Source: Escherichia coli
GTDB taxonomy: Bacteria > Pseudomonadota > Gammaproteobacteria > Enterobacterales > Enterobacteriaceae
Assembly (NCBI RefSeq): GCF_009931435.1
Contig: NZ_CP043414.1
DNA length: 64,000 nucleotides
Reading direction: 5' to 3' (one strand)
Within the stretch, counting starts at the first letter, position 1. Every line of letters begins with the position of its first letter. Position numbers and translations under genes: made by a program. Shown here in pieces: positions 42,001 to 53,734 of the stretch. The notes under the pieces are model-generated. The model was not told where the DNA came from. It worked only from the letters and a program-made list of their open reading frames with translations, and ran no database searches.

Positions 42001-42494
42001 CGCTGAAAGCCGGACGCGAGCCGTCGCTGGAAGATCTCACTAGCCAGCAAACGGAAGTCGAGCTGCGGATGCCGTCGCTATTACCAGATGATTTCATTCC
42101 TGACGTGAATACGCGTTTGTCGTTCTATAAACGTATTGCCAGCGCCAAAACGGAAAACGAACTGGAAGAGATCAAAGTCGAGCTTATCGATCGCTTCGGC
42201 CTGCTGCCGGATCCGGCGCGTACCCTGCTGGATATTGCCCGTCTGCGTCAGCAAGCGCAGAAACTGGGGATCAGGAAGCTGGAAGGTAATGAGAAAGGTG
42301 GGGTGATCGAATTTGCCGAGAAGAATCACGTTAATCCGGCCTGGTTGATTGGTTTGCTGCAAAAACAGCCACAGCATTACCGCCTTGATGGTCCGACGCG
42401 CCTGAAGTTTATTCAGGATTTGAGCGAGCGGAAAACGCGTATCGAATGGATTCGCCAGTTTATGCGTGAACTGGAAGAGAACGCGATCGCTTAA
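39048..42494 (+). CDS. mfd: Transcription-repair coupling factor Mfd
   Basis: 1148 aa from MPEQYRYTLPVKAGEQRLLGEL. Helicase motifs GDVGFGKTEVA and DEEHRFG. The ORF-track start at 38985 is an extension. Confidence 0.97.
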   Translation: MPEQYRYTLPVKAGEQRLLGELTGAACATLVAEIAERHAGPVVLIAPDMQNALRLHDEISQFTDQMVMNLADWETLPYDSFSPHQDIISSRLSTLYQLPTMQRGVLIVPVNTLMQRVCPHSFLHGHALMMKKGQRLSRDALRTQLDSAGYRHVDQVMEHGEYATRGALLDLFPMGSDLPYRLDFFDDEIDSLRVFDVDSQRTLEEVEAINLLPAHEFPTDKAAIELFRSQWRDTFEVKRDPEHIYQQVSKGTLPAGIEYWQPLFFSEPLPPLFSYFPANTLLVNTGDLENSAERFQADTLARFENRGVDPMRPLLPPQSLWLRVDELFSELKNWPRVQLKTEHLPTKAANANLGFQKLPDLAVQAQQKAPLDALRKFLESFDGPVVFSVESEGRREALGELLARIKIAPQRIMRLDEANDRGRYLMIGAAEHGFVDTVRNLALICESDLLGERVARRRQDSRRAINPDTLIRNLAELHIGQPVVHLEHGVGRYAGMTTLEAGGITGEYLMLTYANDAKLYVPVSSLHLISRYAGGAEENAPLHKLGGDAWSRARQKAAEKVRDVAAELLDIYAQRAAKEGFAFKHDREQYQLFCDSFPFETTPDQAQAINAVLSDMCQPLAMDRLVCGDVGFGKTEVAMRAAFLAVDNHKQVAVLVPTTLLAQQHYDNFRDRFANWPVRIEMISRFRSAKEQTQILAEVAEGKIDILIGTHKLLQNDVKFKDLGLLIVDEEHRFGVRHKERIKAMRANVDILTLTATPIPRTLNMAMSGMRDLSIIATPPARRLAVKTFVREYDSLVVREAILREILRGGQVYYLYNDVENIQKAAERLAELVPEARIAIGHGQMRERELERVMNDFHHQRFNVLVCTTIIETGIDIPTANTIIIERADHFGLAQLHQLRGRVGRSHHQAYAWLLTPHPKAMTTDAQKRLEAIASLEDLGAGFALATHDLEIRGAGELLGEEQSGSMETIGFSLYMELLENAVDALKAGREPSLEDLTSQQTEVELRMPSLLPDDFIPDVNTRLSFYKRIASAKTENELEEIKVELIDRFGLLPDPARTLLDIARLRQQAQKLGIRKLEGNEKGGVIEFAEKNHVNPAWLIGLLQKQPQHYRLDGPTRLKFIQDLSERKTRIEWIRQFMRELEENAIA

Positions 42495-42637
42495 TGGTAA
42501 ATCGGGGGCGTTTCTGCGCCCCCATATCCAACATTTACAAATTATTTGCACTTCCCTGCACTATCCGACACTGTCACCATCCATAATTCAGGCTTATCTG
42601 TTTATTACAATAACCTTATATTTATTATGGATTTTTG

Positions 42638-43600
42638 GTGATGATCAAAACGCGTTTTTCTCGCTGGCTAACGTTTTTTACGTTCGCCGCTGCCGTGGCG
42701 CTGGCGCTACCGGTAAAAGCCAACACCTGGCCGCTGCCGCCAGCAGGCAGTCGTCTGGTTGGCGAAAACAAATTTCATGTGGTGGAAAATGACGGTGGTT
42801 CTCTGGAAGCCATCGCCAAAAAATATAATGTCGGCTTTCTCGCTCTGTTACAGGCCAACCCCGGCGTTGATCCTTACGTGCCGCGCGCGGGTAGCGTGTT
42901 AACGATCCCGTTGCAAACCCTACTTCCAGATGCGCCGCGCGAAGGCATTGTGATCAATATTGCGGAACTGCGTCTCTATTACTACCCGCCGGGTAAAAAT
43001 TCGGTAACCGTGTATCCCATCGGCATTGGTCAGTTGGGTGGTGACACGCTGACACCGACAATGGTGACCACCGTTTCTGACAAGCGTGCAAACCCAACCT
43101 GGACGCCAACGGCAAACATTCGCGCGCGGTATAAGGCACAGGGAATTGAGTTGCCTGCGGTAGTTCCGGCTGGACCGGATAACCCAATGGGCCATCATGC
43201 GATTCGTCTGGCGGCCTATGGCGGTGTTTATTTGCTTCACGGTACGAACGCCGATTTCGGCATTGGCATGCGGGTAAGTTCTGGCTGTATTCGTCTGCGG
43301 GATGACGATATCAAAACACTCTTTAGCCAGGTCACCCCAGGTACCAAAGTGAATATCATCAACACCCCGATTAAAGTCTCTGCCGAACCAGACGGTGCGC
43401 GTCTGGTTGAAGTACATCAACCGCTGTCAGAGAAGATTGATGACGATCCGCAGCTGCTGCCAATTACACTGAATAGCGCAATGCAATCATTTAAAGATGC
43501 AGCGCAAACTGACGCTGAAGTGATGCAGCATGTGATGGATGTCCGTTCCGGGATGCCGGTGGATGTCCGCCGTCATCAAGTGAGCCCACAAACTTTGTAA
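42638..43600 (+). CDS. ldtC: L,D-transpeptidase LdtC (YcfS)
   Basis: 320 aa from a GTG (MMIKTRFSRWLTFF...). LysM domain plus the YkuD catalytic motif HGTNADFGIGMRVSSGCIRL. Confidence 0.93.
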   Translation: MMIKTRFSRWLTFFTFAAAVALALPVKANTWPLPPAGSRLVGENKFHVVENDGGSLEAIAKKYNVGFLALLQANPGVDPYVPRAGSVLTIPLQTLLPDAPREGIVINIAELRLYYYPPGKNSVTVYPIGIGQLGGDTLTPTMVTTVSDKRANPTWTPTANIRARYKAQGIELPAVVPAGPDNPMGHHAIRLAAYGGVYLLHGTNADFGIGMRVSSGCIRLRDDDIKTLFSQVTPGTKVNIINTPIKVSAEPDGARLVEVHQPLSEKIDDDPQLLPITLNSAMQSFKDAAQTDAEVMQHVMDVRSGMPVDVRRHQVSPQTL

Positions 43601-43608
43601 ATCCTGGA

Positions 43609-43642
43609 TAAAAAAATCCCCGCGACACGGCATGTCGCGGGG
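43609..43642 (-). terminator. bhsA terminator
   Basis: ccccgcgacatgccgtgtcgcgggg on the minus strand is followed by ATTTTTTT. Confidence 0.8.
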
Positions 43643-43682
43643 AAAAAAATCAGCAGTAGCAGGCATTAATGAGGGTTAATGC

Positions 43683-43940
43683 TTATTTATAAATTACTGC
43701 TGTTCCATGGAGGGTATTCGGACCGGTTACAGAAGTAATACGGAAAGATTTTGCGCCCATCTCATCCGCTTTTTGCGCCAGCTGCTCTTCCAGCGATCCC
43801 AGATTTGTCCCCGCGTTAGCACTGATAGTACCGACTTTTTGTTGGCCTTCTGGCGTTGACTGAACTTCGACAGCCGCAAAGCTGGCAAATGACATTGAGC
43901 TTAAAATCGCCGCAGCGATGAGGGTTTTTACGTTTTTCAT
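43683..43940 (-). CDS. bhsA: Multiple stress resistance protein BhsA (YcfR)
   Basis: 85 aa of the YhcN/BhsA family, MKNVKTLIAAAILSSMSFASFA signal peptide ...GTAVIYK. Confidence 0.94.
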   Translation of the reverse strand: MKNVKTLIAAAILSSMSFASFAAVEVQSTPEGQQKVGTISANAGTNLGSLEEQLAQKADEMGAKSFRITSVTGPNTLHGTAVIYK

Positions 43941-44180
43941 AATAGTGGCCTTATGCAGATGAATGACGTCGCAAGCAATTACTTAACGATCGATAACTAA
44001 ATGATAGATGTGATCTGGATCACATACAAGATATTTTTTATAACAATCATTAATTAATTTAAAAATCTTTAAATTTCAGTTAAATAGAAAGCAATTATTT
44101 TTATGGTTTGTGGACTGGTGAACGGAGGTGATTATTTTTATAATAACCTTTCATTCACAGTCACCAGGTACAACGGCATC

Positions 44181-44813
44181 ATGGCAACTGACTCAACACA
44201 ATGTGTAAAAAAAAGCCGTGGCCGCCCAAAAGTGTTCGACAGGGATGCCGCGCTTGATAAGGCCATGAAATTGTTCTGGCAGCACGGTTATGAAGCGACT
44301 TCTCTTGCGGACCTCGTCGAAGCGACCGGAGCCAAAGCGCCCACGCTATACGCGGAATTTACCAACAAAGAGGGGTTATTCCGCGCCGTACTCGACCGCT
44401 ATATCGATCGTTTTGCCGCTAAGCATGAAGCACAGCTGTTTTGTGAAGAGAAAAGCGTGGAGTCTGCGCTGGCTGACTATTTTGCTGCCATCGCCAACTG
44501 CTTTACCAGCAAAGACACCCCGGCTGGCTGCTTTATGATCAACAACTGCACCACCCTCTCCCCGGATTCCGGAGATATCGCCAATACGCTGAAATCACGC
44601 CATGCGATGCAAGAGCGCACTTTGCAGCAGTTTTTATGTCAACGACAAGCGCGCGGGGAAATCCCGACCCACTGTGATGTGACGCATCTGGCTGAATTCC
44701 TTAATTGTATTATTCAGGGGATGTCGATCAGCGCACGCGAAGGTGCATCGCTGGAAAAACTGATGCAGATTGCCCGAACGACTTTGCGTTTATGGCCCGA
44801 ACTGGTGAAATAA
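44181..44813 (+). CDS. comR: TetR-family copper-responsive repressor ComR (YcfQ)
   Basis: 210 aa from MATDSTQCVKKSRGRPKVFDRDAALDKAMKLFWQHGYEATSLADL (TetR HTH). Confidence 0.92.
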   Translation: MATDSTQCVKKSRGRPKVFDRDAALDKAMKLFWQHGYEATSLADLVEATGAKAPTLYAEFTNKEGLFRAVLDRYIDRFAAKHEAQLFCEEKSVESALADYFAAIANCFTSKDTPAGCFMINNCTTLSPDSGDIANTLKSRHAMQERTLQQFLCQRQARGEIPTHCDVTHLAEFLNCIIQGMSISAREGASLEKLMQIARTTLRLWPELVK

Positions 44814-44818
44814 GGCGC

Positions 44819-44853
44819 AAAAAAAAGCCCCTCAGCCTGAGCGAATGGGGGGC
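44819..44853 (-). terminator. ycfJ terminator
   Basis: Minus strand agcccc...ggggct is followed by TTTTTTTT. Confidence 0.65.
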
Positions 44854-44875
44854 TAAATTGCAGAATACAGCCTTG

Positions 44876-45415
44876 TTATACTTTGTTATTCAAAATCAGT
44901 TGCCCGTTGCCATCTAACGGGATCTGCGTACCCGGATCGCGGTCCATGCGGATTTTGCCCTGCTGATCGCCAATCTTATAGGTCACATCATAACCGAGCA
45001 TTTTTTCTGACTTGTCATACACCGTTTTACAACGCTGTTGCGTAGTCGTGTAAGTATCGCTTTCCTGGAGAGAGCCCTGGATCTGGTTACCGGCATAGCC
45101 ACCTCCCAGCGCCCCCACAACAGTGGCGACATCTTTACCGCGACCACCGCCAAACTGATGCCCTATCACGCCGCCAGCAACAGCGCCGAGCACCGACCCG
45201 GTAATGCGATTTTCATCCTGCACCGGTCGACGATGGGTCACTGTGACGTTGCGACACTCCTGACGCGGTGTTTTAACCGTTTCCTTGATTGGGGTTGCAG
45301 AAACAACCTGAGCGTATTGCGGGCCACGTTCAAACACGTTCAGACTGGCCACTGCCGCTACGCCCAACGCAGCTGCGACACCAATCCCCATACCCGCCAA
45401 CATTGATTTATTCAC
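44876..45415 (-). CDS. ycfJ: YcfJ (Rick_17kDa/glycine-zipper membrane protein)
   Basis: 179 aa from a GTG (VNKSMLAGMGIGVAAALGVAAV...). Gly-zipper GAVAGGVIGHQFGGGRG. Confidence 0.88.
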   Translation of the reverse strand: MNKSMLAGMGIGVAAALGVAAVASLNVFERGPQYAQVVSATPIKETVKTPRQECRNVTVTHRRPVQDENRITGSVLGAVAGGVIGHQFGGGRGKDVATVVGALGGGYAGNQIQGSLQESDTYTTTQQRCKTVYDKSEKMLGYDVTYKIGDQQGKIRMDRDPGTQIPLDGNGQLILNNKV

Positions 45416-45542
45416 GGGAACACCTCCTTCTTTGCTGTTATGCCAATCATGCAAGTGAAGGAGAAAAGCAGCTATCAGACAGAAGATGAAAAGCGCGGGA
45501 ATGGCTGGAAATACTTAGGGATTCGGAGGAGTCTGAAGGAAT

Positions 45543-45631
<89 letters not shown>

Positions 45632-45641
45632 TACAAGCCGA

Positions 45642-46946
45642 TTAATGCAACTTCAAACGTGGACGGATAACGCGGTTAATACTCCCCACCAGCATCATTA
45701 ATCCGGTTTTAAAGTAACCATGCAGCGCAATCTGATGCATTCTGTATAGCGAGATGTATACAAAGCGCGCAATTCGTCCTTCAATCATCATTGAGCCGCG
45801 CGTCAGGTTACCCATCAGGCTACCGACGGTGGAGAAGTTCGACAGCGATACCAGAGAACCGTGATCTTTATACTGATAATTTTTCAGCGGCTTACCGTTC
45901 ATCTGCGCCAGAATGTTGTTCATTGCGCAGGTTGCCATCTGGTGTGCGGCCTGCGCACGCGGCGGAACAAAGCCCCCTTCCGGACGCGGGCATGACGCGC
46001 AGTCGCCAATAGCGTATATGTCTGGATCGCGAGTGGTTTGCAGCGTCGGTTCCACCACCAGCTGGTTGATACGGTTGGTTTCAAGACCACCGATATCTTT
46101 CAGGAAGTCTGGCGCTTTGATCCCGGCTGCCCACACCATCAGATCAGCCTCAATATATTCACCATCTTTAGTGTGCAGGCCGCCTTCATCAGCACTGGTG
46201 ACCATGGTTTGCGTCAGCACGCGAACGCCAAGTTTCGTTAACTCATTATGGGCCGCAGCAGAGATACGTGGCGGTAATGCAGGCAAAATACGTTCGCCCG
46301 CTTCTACCAGTGTTACGTTCAGGGCTTCGTTGGTCAGGCCTTTGTAACCATAGCTGTGCAGTTGCTTGACCGCGTTGTGCAATTCTGCGGAGAGTTCTAC
46401 ACCCGTCGCGCCGCCGCCGACAATCGCAATGTTCACTTTACCATTCGCGCCCAGGTTGGCGGAGTATTTCAGGAACAGATTCAGCATCTCCTGATGGAAA
46501 CGACGCGCCTGATGCGGGTTATCGAGGAAAATGCAGTTCTCTTTGACTCCTGGCGTATTGAAATCGTTAGAGGTGCTGCCCAACGCCATTACCAGGGTGT
46601 CATAGGCGATTTTACGTTCCGGAACCAGCAGTTCACCTTTCTCGTCGCGCAGTTCTGCAATAGTGATTGTTTTCGCTTCACGATCGATATCAATGACGGA
46701 ACCCAGCTGGAACTGGAAACCATGATTGCGCGCATGGGCCAGATAGCTCAACGCATCGACGCCTTCATCAAGCGAGCCAGTCGCCACTTCGTGCAGCAGC
46801 GGTTTCCACAAGTGGCTGTGGTTACGATCGACCAGCGTAATTTTGGCTTTTTTCTTGCGTCCCAGCTTATGTCCCAGCTGTGTCGCCATTTCCAGCCCAC
46901 CAGCACCGCCGCCGACAATCACAATTTTTTTCAATGGCGTAGTCAA
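45642..46946 (-). CDS. ndh: NADH dehydrogenase II
   Basis: 434 aa from a TTG ([24 protein letters not shown]...). Two Rossmann GxGxxG motifs. Confidence 0.96.
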
Positions 46947-47208
46947 CGTGACCCCCTTAAATTTATTAACCAATTGTTAACTAATGGTTATTAATATAGC
47001 TCTTAATTAACAACAGGTTACAGCAATGAAAATGTTCTTCGTTATTGAGAATAACATGAATGGTGCATTGGTCATACCAAAATTGATGTTAATCAAGTTT
47101 TGTTGCTGAAAAGATAGGCTGATTTACCGGATGAGATCAAAAAATACAGCTTATTGTTTATTATTTAAACGAATTCAGGAGGGTGAGACGTATATGGAGG
47201 GCGTTTGG

Positions 47209-47342
47209 TAGGCCTGATAAGACGCGAGCGGCGTCGCATCAGGCACATTGCCAGTGTCGGATGCGGCGTGAACGCCCTATCCGACCTACAGAATTTACAG
47301 AATCTGGAACGCATCAGGTATCAGCAAGGTTACCTGATGCGA
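47209..47342. repeat. REP/BIME cluster (three REP units)
   Basis: taggcctgataagacgcgagcggcgtcgcatcaggca; tgtcggatgcggcgtgaacgccctatccgacctac; cgcatcaggtatcagcaaggttacctgatgcg. Confidence 0.85.
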
Positions 47343-47351
47343 CGAGGGCAT

Positions 47352-47894
47352 TTAACCGAGGGTTTTGAACGCTTTAATGCGCTGCAAATGCGGGGAGATA
47401 TTCTTGAATTTGTGCGTCTGCTCTTCGTCCCAGACAATCTCGTAATAATGATGCAACTCTTCAGATGTCCGCTGGCTGTTAAGCGCTTCATCGTTACGCG
47501 ACAAAATCACCAGACAGCGATCGCGATTCTTCTCGCGGAAGTTGGTCACACACTTAGTGGTAATATCGGCATACTCTTCCGGGCGATCAATCTTGCCTTC
47601 CATGTTCTCATAAGGGAACAAATTAGGATTGAAGATCACCTGGCGGATATCGCAAAGAAAACCAATTCGCTCCGCCCAGTATCCGCCCAGACCAACGCCG
47701 CATATCAGCGGACGCTCATCGACGTTTAGTTGCAGCATTTTGTCCACTTCTTTGAGCAGATGCTGCATATCATGTTTCGGATGCCGCGTACTGTAGCTTA
47801 TCAAGCGTACATCCGGGTCAATAAACTGCAATTGTAAGACTTTCTCGTGGTTACCCGGACTGTTAGAGTCAAAACCGTGTAAATAGATAATCAT
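47352..47894 (-). CDS. ycfP: YcfP (UPF0227 alpha/beta-hydrolase-like)
   Basis: 180 aa from [19 protein letters not shown]. Confidence 0.9.
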   Translation of the reverse strand: MIIYLHGFDSNSPGNHEKVLQLQFIDPDVRLISYSTRHPKHDMQHLLKEVDKMLQLNVDERPLICGVGLGGYWAERIGFLCDIRQVIFNPNLFPYENMEGKIDRPEEYADITTKCVTNFREKNRDRCLVILSRNDEALNSQRTSEELHHYYEIVWDEEQTHKFKNISPHLQRIKAFKTLG

Positions 47895-47916
47895 CGCTTC
47901 CTCACATAAGCCAGGG

Positions 47917-49757
<1,841 letters not shown>

Positions 49758-49777
<20 letters not shown>

Positions 49778-50399
49778 CTTTACCTGACCAGATAATTTCG
49801 CCCGTCTGCACCAGCATTAGCTGCATTTGTAGGGTCGGAGCGTTAACGTTGCCAGAGGCGCTGGAGTACAGCACGTAATGAGCACCGACGTTGCGGGCAA
49901 TGCCTATGGCTTTACTACGGGTGCCTAAACTGTCCTGCGGCGACAAACCTAACTGTTGCTTAGCCATCGACAGTTGCTGGGCGGAAACCAGGGTAAATTT
50001 ACCGTTATTAGCCAGCGCATTTCGCAGCGTTTCGGTCGCTTCTGCGGCATTCAGCGAACCGTTAGTACGGTTGTTGACGCTATCAACCAGCAGGACGCTA
50101 CCCGCAGTCACGCCGTCAGCCCCAAGCATCTTACTGACCATCGGCTGCATTGCGCCATTCCAGTCATAATGGCGAATATGCGGCGCAGGCGGTGCGGTTT
50201 GATCTTCATGCTCAATTGGCCCTGGCTGCTGCGGGATCGTCGGCACCGAGGGCACTGTGGGCACAGGCTGTTGTGGCTCGGCAGGTTGTTCCGGCGCTGG
50301 TTTCACTTCTTCTACCGGTGCAGGTTCACGTTGCCCCACACACCCGGCGAGAAACATCGCCAGCGCGGCAATCAAAGCGTAGCGACTCATTTTTATCAT
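49758..50399 (-). CDS. lpoB: Lipoprotein LpoB, activator of PBP1B
   Basis: 213 aa (214 from 50402). Lipobox FLAGC followed by a Pro-rich linker. Confidence 0.93.
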
Positions 50400-50412
50400 C
50401 AAGATTCACCCC

Positions 50413-50790
50413 TTACAAATATAGATAAAGTCTGACTTTGTGCGCCCCCAGAAAATTGGCGCTGCCGTATAGCGTTACCGCCGAATGTGCGGGAATGGTA
50501 ACGCTGCGTGGCGTTTCCAGAGGATGCATCTCAAGTCCTCTGGCGTCATACCAGTAAAAACGATAATGAACGGTAACGGGTTCTTGCCTTTCGTTATAAA
50601 GCGTTGAGGATGCTGAAGGTTGAATATCAGACGTTGAAAGGACGGGCTTTTCTGCACTGATGCCCGCAGCCAATAAAGATGACTCCATCACCAGCGATTG
50701 CTCATCATTCACCGGAATTTCCGGATGTGAACGACAGCCCACCAGCACTAACAACGCCAGAGACACCAGCCCAAAGCATCCTTTTCTCAT
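50413..50790 (-). CDS. ycfL: Lipoprotein YcfL
   Basis: 125 aa with the lipobox LLVLVGC. Confidence 0.9.
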   Translation of the reverse strand: MRKGCFGLVSLALLVLVGCRSHPEIPVNDEQSLVMESSLLAAGISAEKPVLSTSDIQPSASSTLYNERQEPVTVHYRFYWYDARGLEMHPLETPRSVTIPAHSAVTLYGSANFLGAHKVRLYLYL

Positions 50791-50792
50791 CG

Positions 50793-51152
50793 TTACAGAC
50801 CTTTATGCGCCAGCATTGGTCCCAGCGGACGGCCACCCAACAAGTGCATATGGATGTGATACACCTCTTGTCCGCCATGGCGATTGGTGTTCATGATCAG
50901 ACGATAGCCATCTTCGGCAATACCTTCTTGCTCAGCAATTTTTGCCGCTACGGTGATCATGCGTCCCAGCGCCTGCTCATGCTCAGCAGACACGTCGTTC
51001 ACAGTCGGAATGAGGATATTTGGAATGATCAGAATATGCGTTGGCGCTTGCGGCGAAATATCGCGAAACGCCGTTACCAGATCATCCTGGTAGACGATAT
51101 CGGAGGGGATCTCACGACGAATAATTTTGCTAAATATAGTTTCTTCTGCCAC
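50793..51152 (-). CDS. hinT: Purine nucleoside phosphoramidase HinT
   Basis: 119 aa from a GTG ([15 protein letters not shown]...). HIT motif HIHMHLL. Confidence 0.94.
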   Translation of the reverse strand: MAEETIFSKIIRREIPSDIVYQDDLVTAFRDISPQAPTHILIIPNILIPTVNDVSAEHEQALGRMITVAAKIAEQEGIAEDGYRLIMNTNRHGGQEVYHIHMHLLGGRPLGPMLAHKGL

Positions 51153-51485
51153 GACATTTTCCTTTTTCAAATAGCCATGCGTTGCGCCATGCTACGCCGC
51201 GCCATACTGCGAGTATAGAGTATGGTCGAGTTAAACCTGCTCTTTCAACCTTAACTCACGATTTCTTAAGCAAAAAATCGTTTTACTGCCGTATATATCG
51301 TCATTATTCCCATTTCTGCCTGCGAATTCGCTGAAAAGACATTCTCTGTTTGGTTTACACGCCAAATATGAATGCGTATATTTCTCATTTGCATTTACAT
51401 GCAAAATTATTCGCACACTATATATAACCGCTCATCATCCTCCTCCGGCATGAGCCTGACGACAACATAAACCAAGAGATTTCAA

Positions 51486-53675
51486 ATGCTTTCAACACAA
51501 TTTAACAGGGATAATCAACATCAAACCACCTCCAAACCGTCACTACTCGCCGGTTGCATAGCACTGGCACTCTTACCTTCCGCCGCTTTTGCTGCACCAG
51601 CCACTGAAGAAACGGTGATTGTTGAGGGTTCCGCCACTACTCCAGTTGATGACGAAAATGATTACAGCGTAACGTCTACCTCTGCGGGTACCAAAATGCA
51701 GATGACTCAACGTGATATTCCTCAGTCGGTCACTATTGTTAGTCAGCAGCGGATGGAAGATCAGCAGTTACAAACGCTGGGCGAAGTGATGGAAAACACG
51801 CTGGGGATCAGCAAAAGTCAGGCGGATTCCGATCGTGCTCTTTATTATTCCCGCGGATTCCAGATCGATAACTATATGGTTGATGGTATCCCCACCTATT
51901 TTGAATCGCGCTGGAATCTGGGCGACGCACTTTCTGATATGGCACTGTTTGAACGCGTAGAAGTAGTGCGTGGCGCGACAGGACTCATGACCGGTACGGG
52001 TAATCCATCTGCGGCAATTAATATGGTTCGAAAACACGCGACCAGTCGTGAATTTAAAGGCGATGTCTCGGCAGAATACGGTAGCTGGAACAAAGAACGG
52101 TATGTAGCGGATTTACAAAGTCCACTCACCGAAGATGGTAAAATCCGCGCGCGAATTGTCGGCGGCTACCAGAATAACGACTCATGGCTGGACCGCTACA
52201 ACAGTGAAAAGACCTTCTTCTCCGGCATTGTCGATGCTGATTTAGGCGATCTTACGACGCTTTCAGGCGGTTACGAATATCAGCGCATTGATGTTAATAG
52301 CCCAACCTGGGGCGGTTTACCGCGCTGGAATACTGATGGCAGCAGCAACAGTTACGATCGCGCACGCAGTACCGCACCTGACTGGGCGTACAACGATAAA
52401 GAGATCAACAAGGTCTTTATGACCCTGAAGCAGCGGTTTGCTGATACCTGGCAAGCGACACTGAATGCCACCCACTCCGAAGTCGAATTTGACAGCAAAA
52501 TGATGTATGTCGATGCCTATGTAAACAAAGCGGATGGTATGCTGGTTGGGCCATACAGTAATTATGGACCTGGCTTTGATTATGTCGGCGGCACCGGTTG
52601 GAACAGCGGCAAACGTAAAGTTGATGCGCTGGATTTGTTCGCTGACGGTAGTTATGAATTGTTTGGTCGTCAGCACAATCTCATGTTTGGTGGCAGTTAC
52701 AGCAAACAAAACAATCGTTACTTCAGTTCATGGGCCAACATCTTCCCGGATGAAATTGGCAGTTTCTACAACTTTAATGGCAATTTCCCACAAACCGACT
52801 GGTCACCACAGAGTCTGGCGCAGGACGATACCACACATATGAAATCGTTATATGCTGCCACTCGTGTCACCCTTGCCGATCCGCTGCATCTGATCCTTGG
52901 CGCACGTTATACCAACTGGCGGGTTGATACGCTGACTTACAGCATGGAGAAAAACCACACCACGCCTTATGCTGGTCTGGTGTTTGACATTAATGACAAC
53001 TGGTCGACCTACGCCAGCTATACCTCTATTTTCCAGCCGCAAAATGATCGTGACAGTTCAGGCAAATATCTGGCTCCAATCACCGGTAACAACTACGAGC
53101 TGGGTCTGAAATCGGACTGGATGAATAGCCGTCTGACCACCACGTTAGCCATCTTCCGTATTGAGCAGGATAATGTCGCTCAGTCCACCGGTACACCTAT
53201 CCCCGGCAGCAACGGCGAAACCGCCTATAAAGCGGTGGATGGGACAGTCAGTAAAGGTGTGGAATTTGAACTCAACGGCGCAATTACCGACAACTGGCAG
53301 CTGACGTTTGGCGCAACGCGCTATATTGCAGAAGATAACGAAGGAAACGCCGTTAATCCTAATCTGCCACGCACCACGGTTAAAATGTTCACCAGCTATC
53401 GGTTACCTGTCATGCCAGAGTTGACGGTCGGCGGTGGTGTTAACTGGCAAAATCGCGTGTATACCGACACCGTGACACCGTATGGCACCTTCCGCGCCGA
53501 GCAAGGTAGCTACGCGCTGGTGGATCTCTTCACCCGCTACCAGGTGACGAAAAACTTCTCGTTACAGGGGAACGTCAATAACCTGTTCGACAAAACCTAC
53601 GATACCAACGTGGAAGGTTCTATCGTCTACGGCGCACCGCGTAATTTCAGCATTACCGGCACGTATCAATTCTGA
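51486..53675 (+). CDS. fhuE: TonB-dependent ferric-coprogen/rhodotorulic acid receptor FhuE
   Basis: 729 aa with a signal peptide, TonB box (ETVIVEG), plug and beta-barrel. It ends ...TGTYQF. Confidence 0.96.
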   Translation: MLSTQFNRDNQHQTTSKPSLLAGCIALALLPSAAFAAPATEETVIVEGSATTPVDDENDYSVTSTSAGTKMQMTQRDIPQSVTIVSQQRMEDQQLQTLGEVMENTLGISKSQADSDRALYYSRGFQIDNYMVDGIPTYFESRWNLGDALSDMALFERVEVVRGATGLMTGTGNPSAAINMVRKHATSREFKGDVSAEYGSWNKERYVADLQSPLTEDGKIRARIVGGYQNNDSWLDRYNSEKTFFSGIVDADLGDLTTLSGGYEYQRIDVNSPTWGGLPRWNTDGSSNSYDRARSTAPDWAYNDKEINKVFMTLKQRFADTWQATLNATHSEVEFDSKMMYVDAYVNKADGMLVGPYSNYGPGFDYVGGTGWNSGKRKVDALDLFADGSYELFGRQHNLMFGGSYSKQNNRYFSSWANIFPDEIGSFYNFNGNFPQTDWSPQSLAQDDTTHMKSLYAATRVTLADPLHLILGARYTNWRVDTLTYSMEKNHTTPYAGLVFDINDNWSTYASYTSIFQPQNDRDSSGKYLAPITGNNYELGLKSDWMNSRLTTTLAIFRIEQDNVAQSTGTPIPGSNGETAYKAVDGTVSKGVEFELNGAITDNWQLTFGATRYIAEDNEGNAVNPNLPRTTVKMFTSYRLPVMPELTVGGGVNWQNRVYTDTVTPYGTFRAEQGSYALVDLFTRYQVTKNFSLQGNVNNLFDKTYDTNVEGSIVYGAPRNFSITGTYQF

Positions 53676-53684
53676 ATAACACCT

Positions 53685-53712
53685 GTAAAAAAGGCAGCCA
53701 TCTGGCTGCCTT
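53685..53712 (-). terminator. ptsG terminator (hairpin shared with the convergent fhuE)
   Basis: Minus strand aaggcagccagatggctgcctt is followed by TTTTT. Confidence 0.8.
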
Positions 53713-53734
53713 AGTCTCCCCAACGTCTTACGGA

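Noticed and set aside
51340-51430. Fur box upstream of fhuE
   Set aside because: One is expected biologically. However, I could not align a convincing 19-bp GATAATGATAATCATTATC-like site by eye, only partial AT-rich matches, so I did not report it as a feature.
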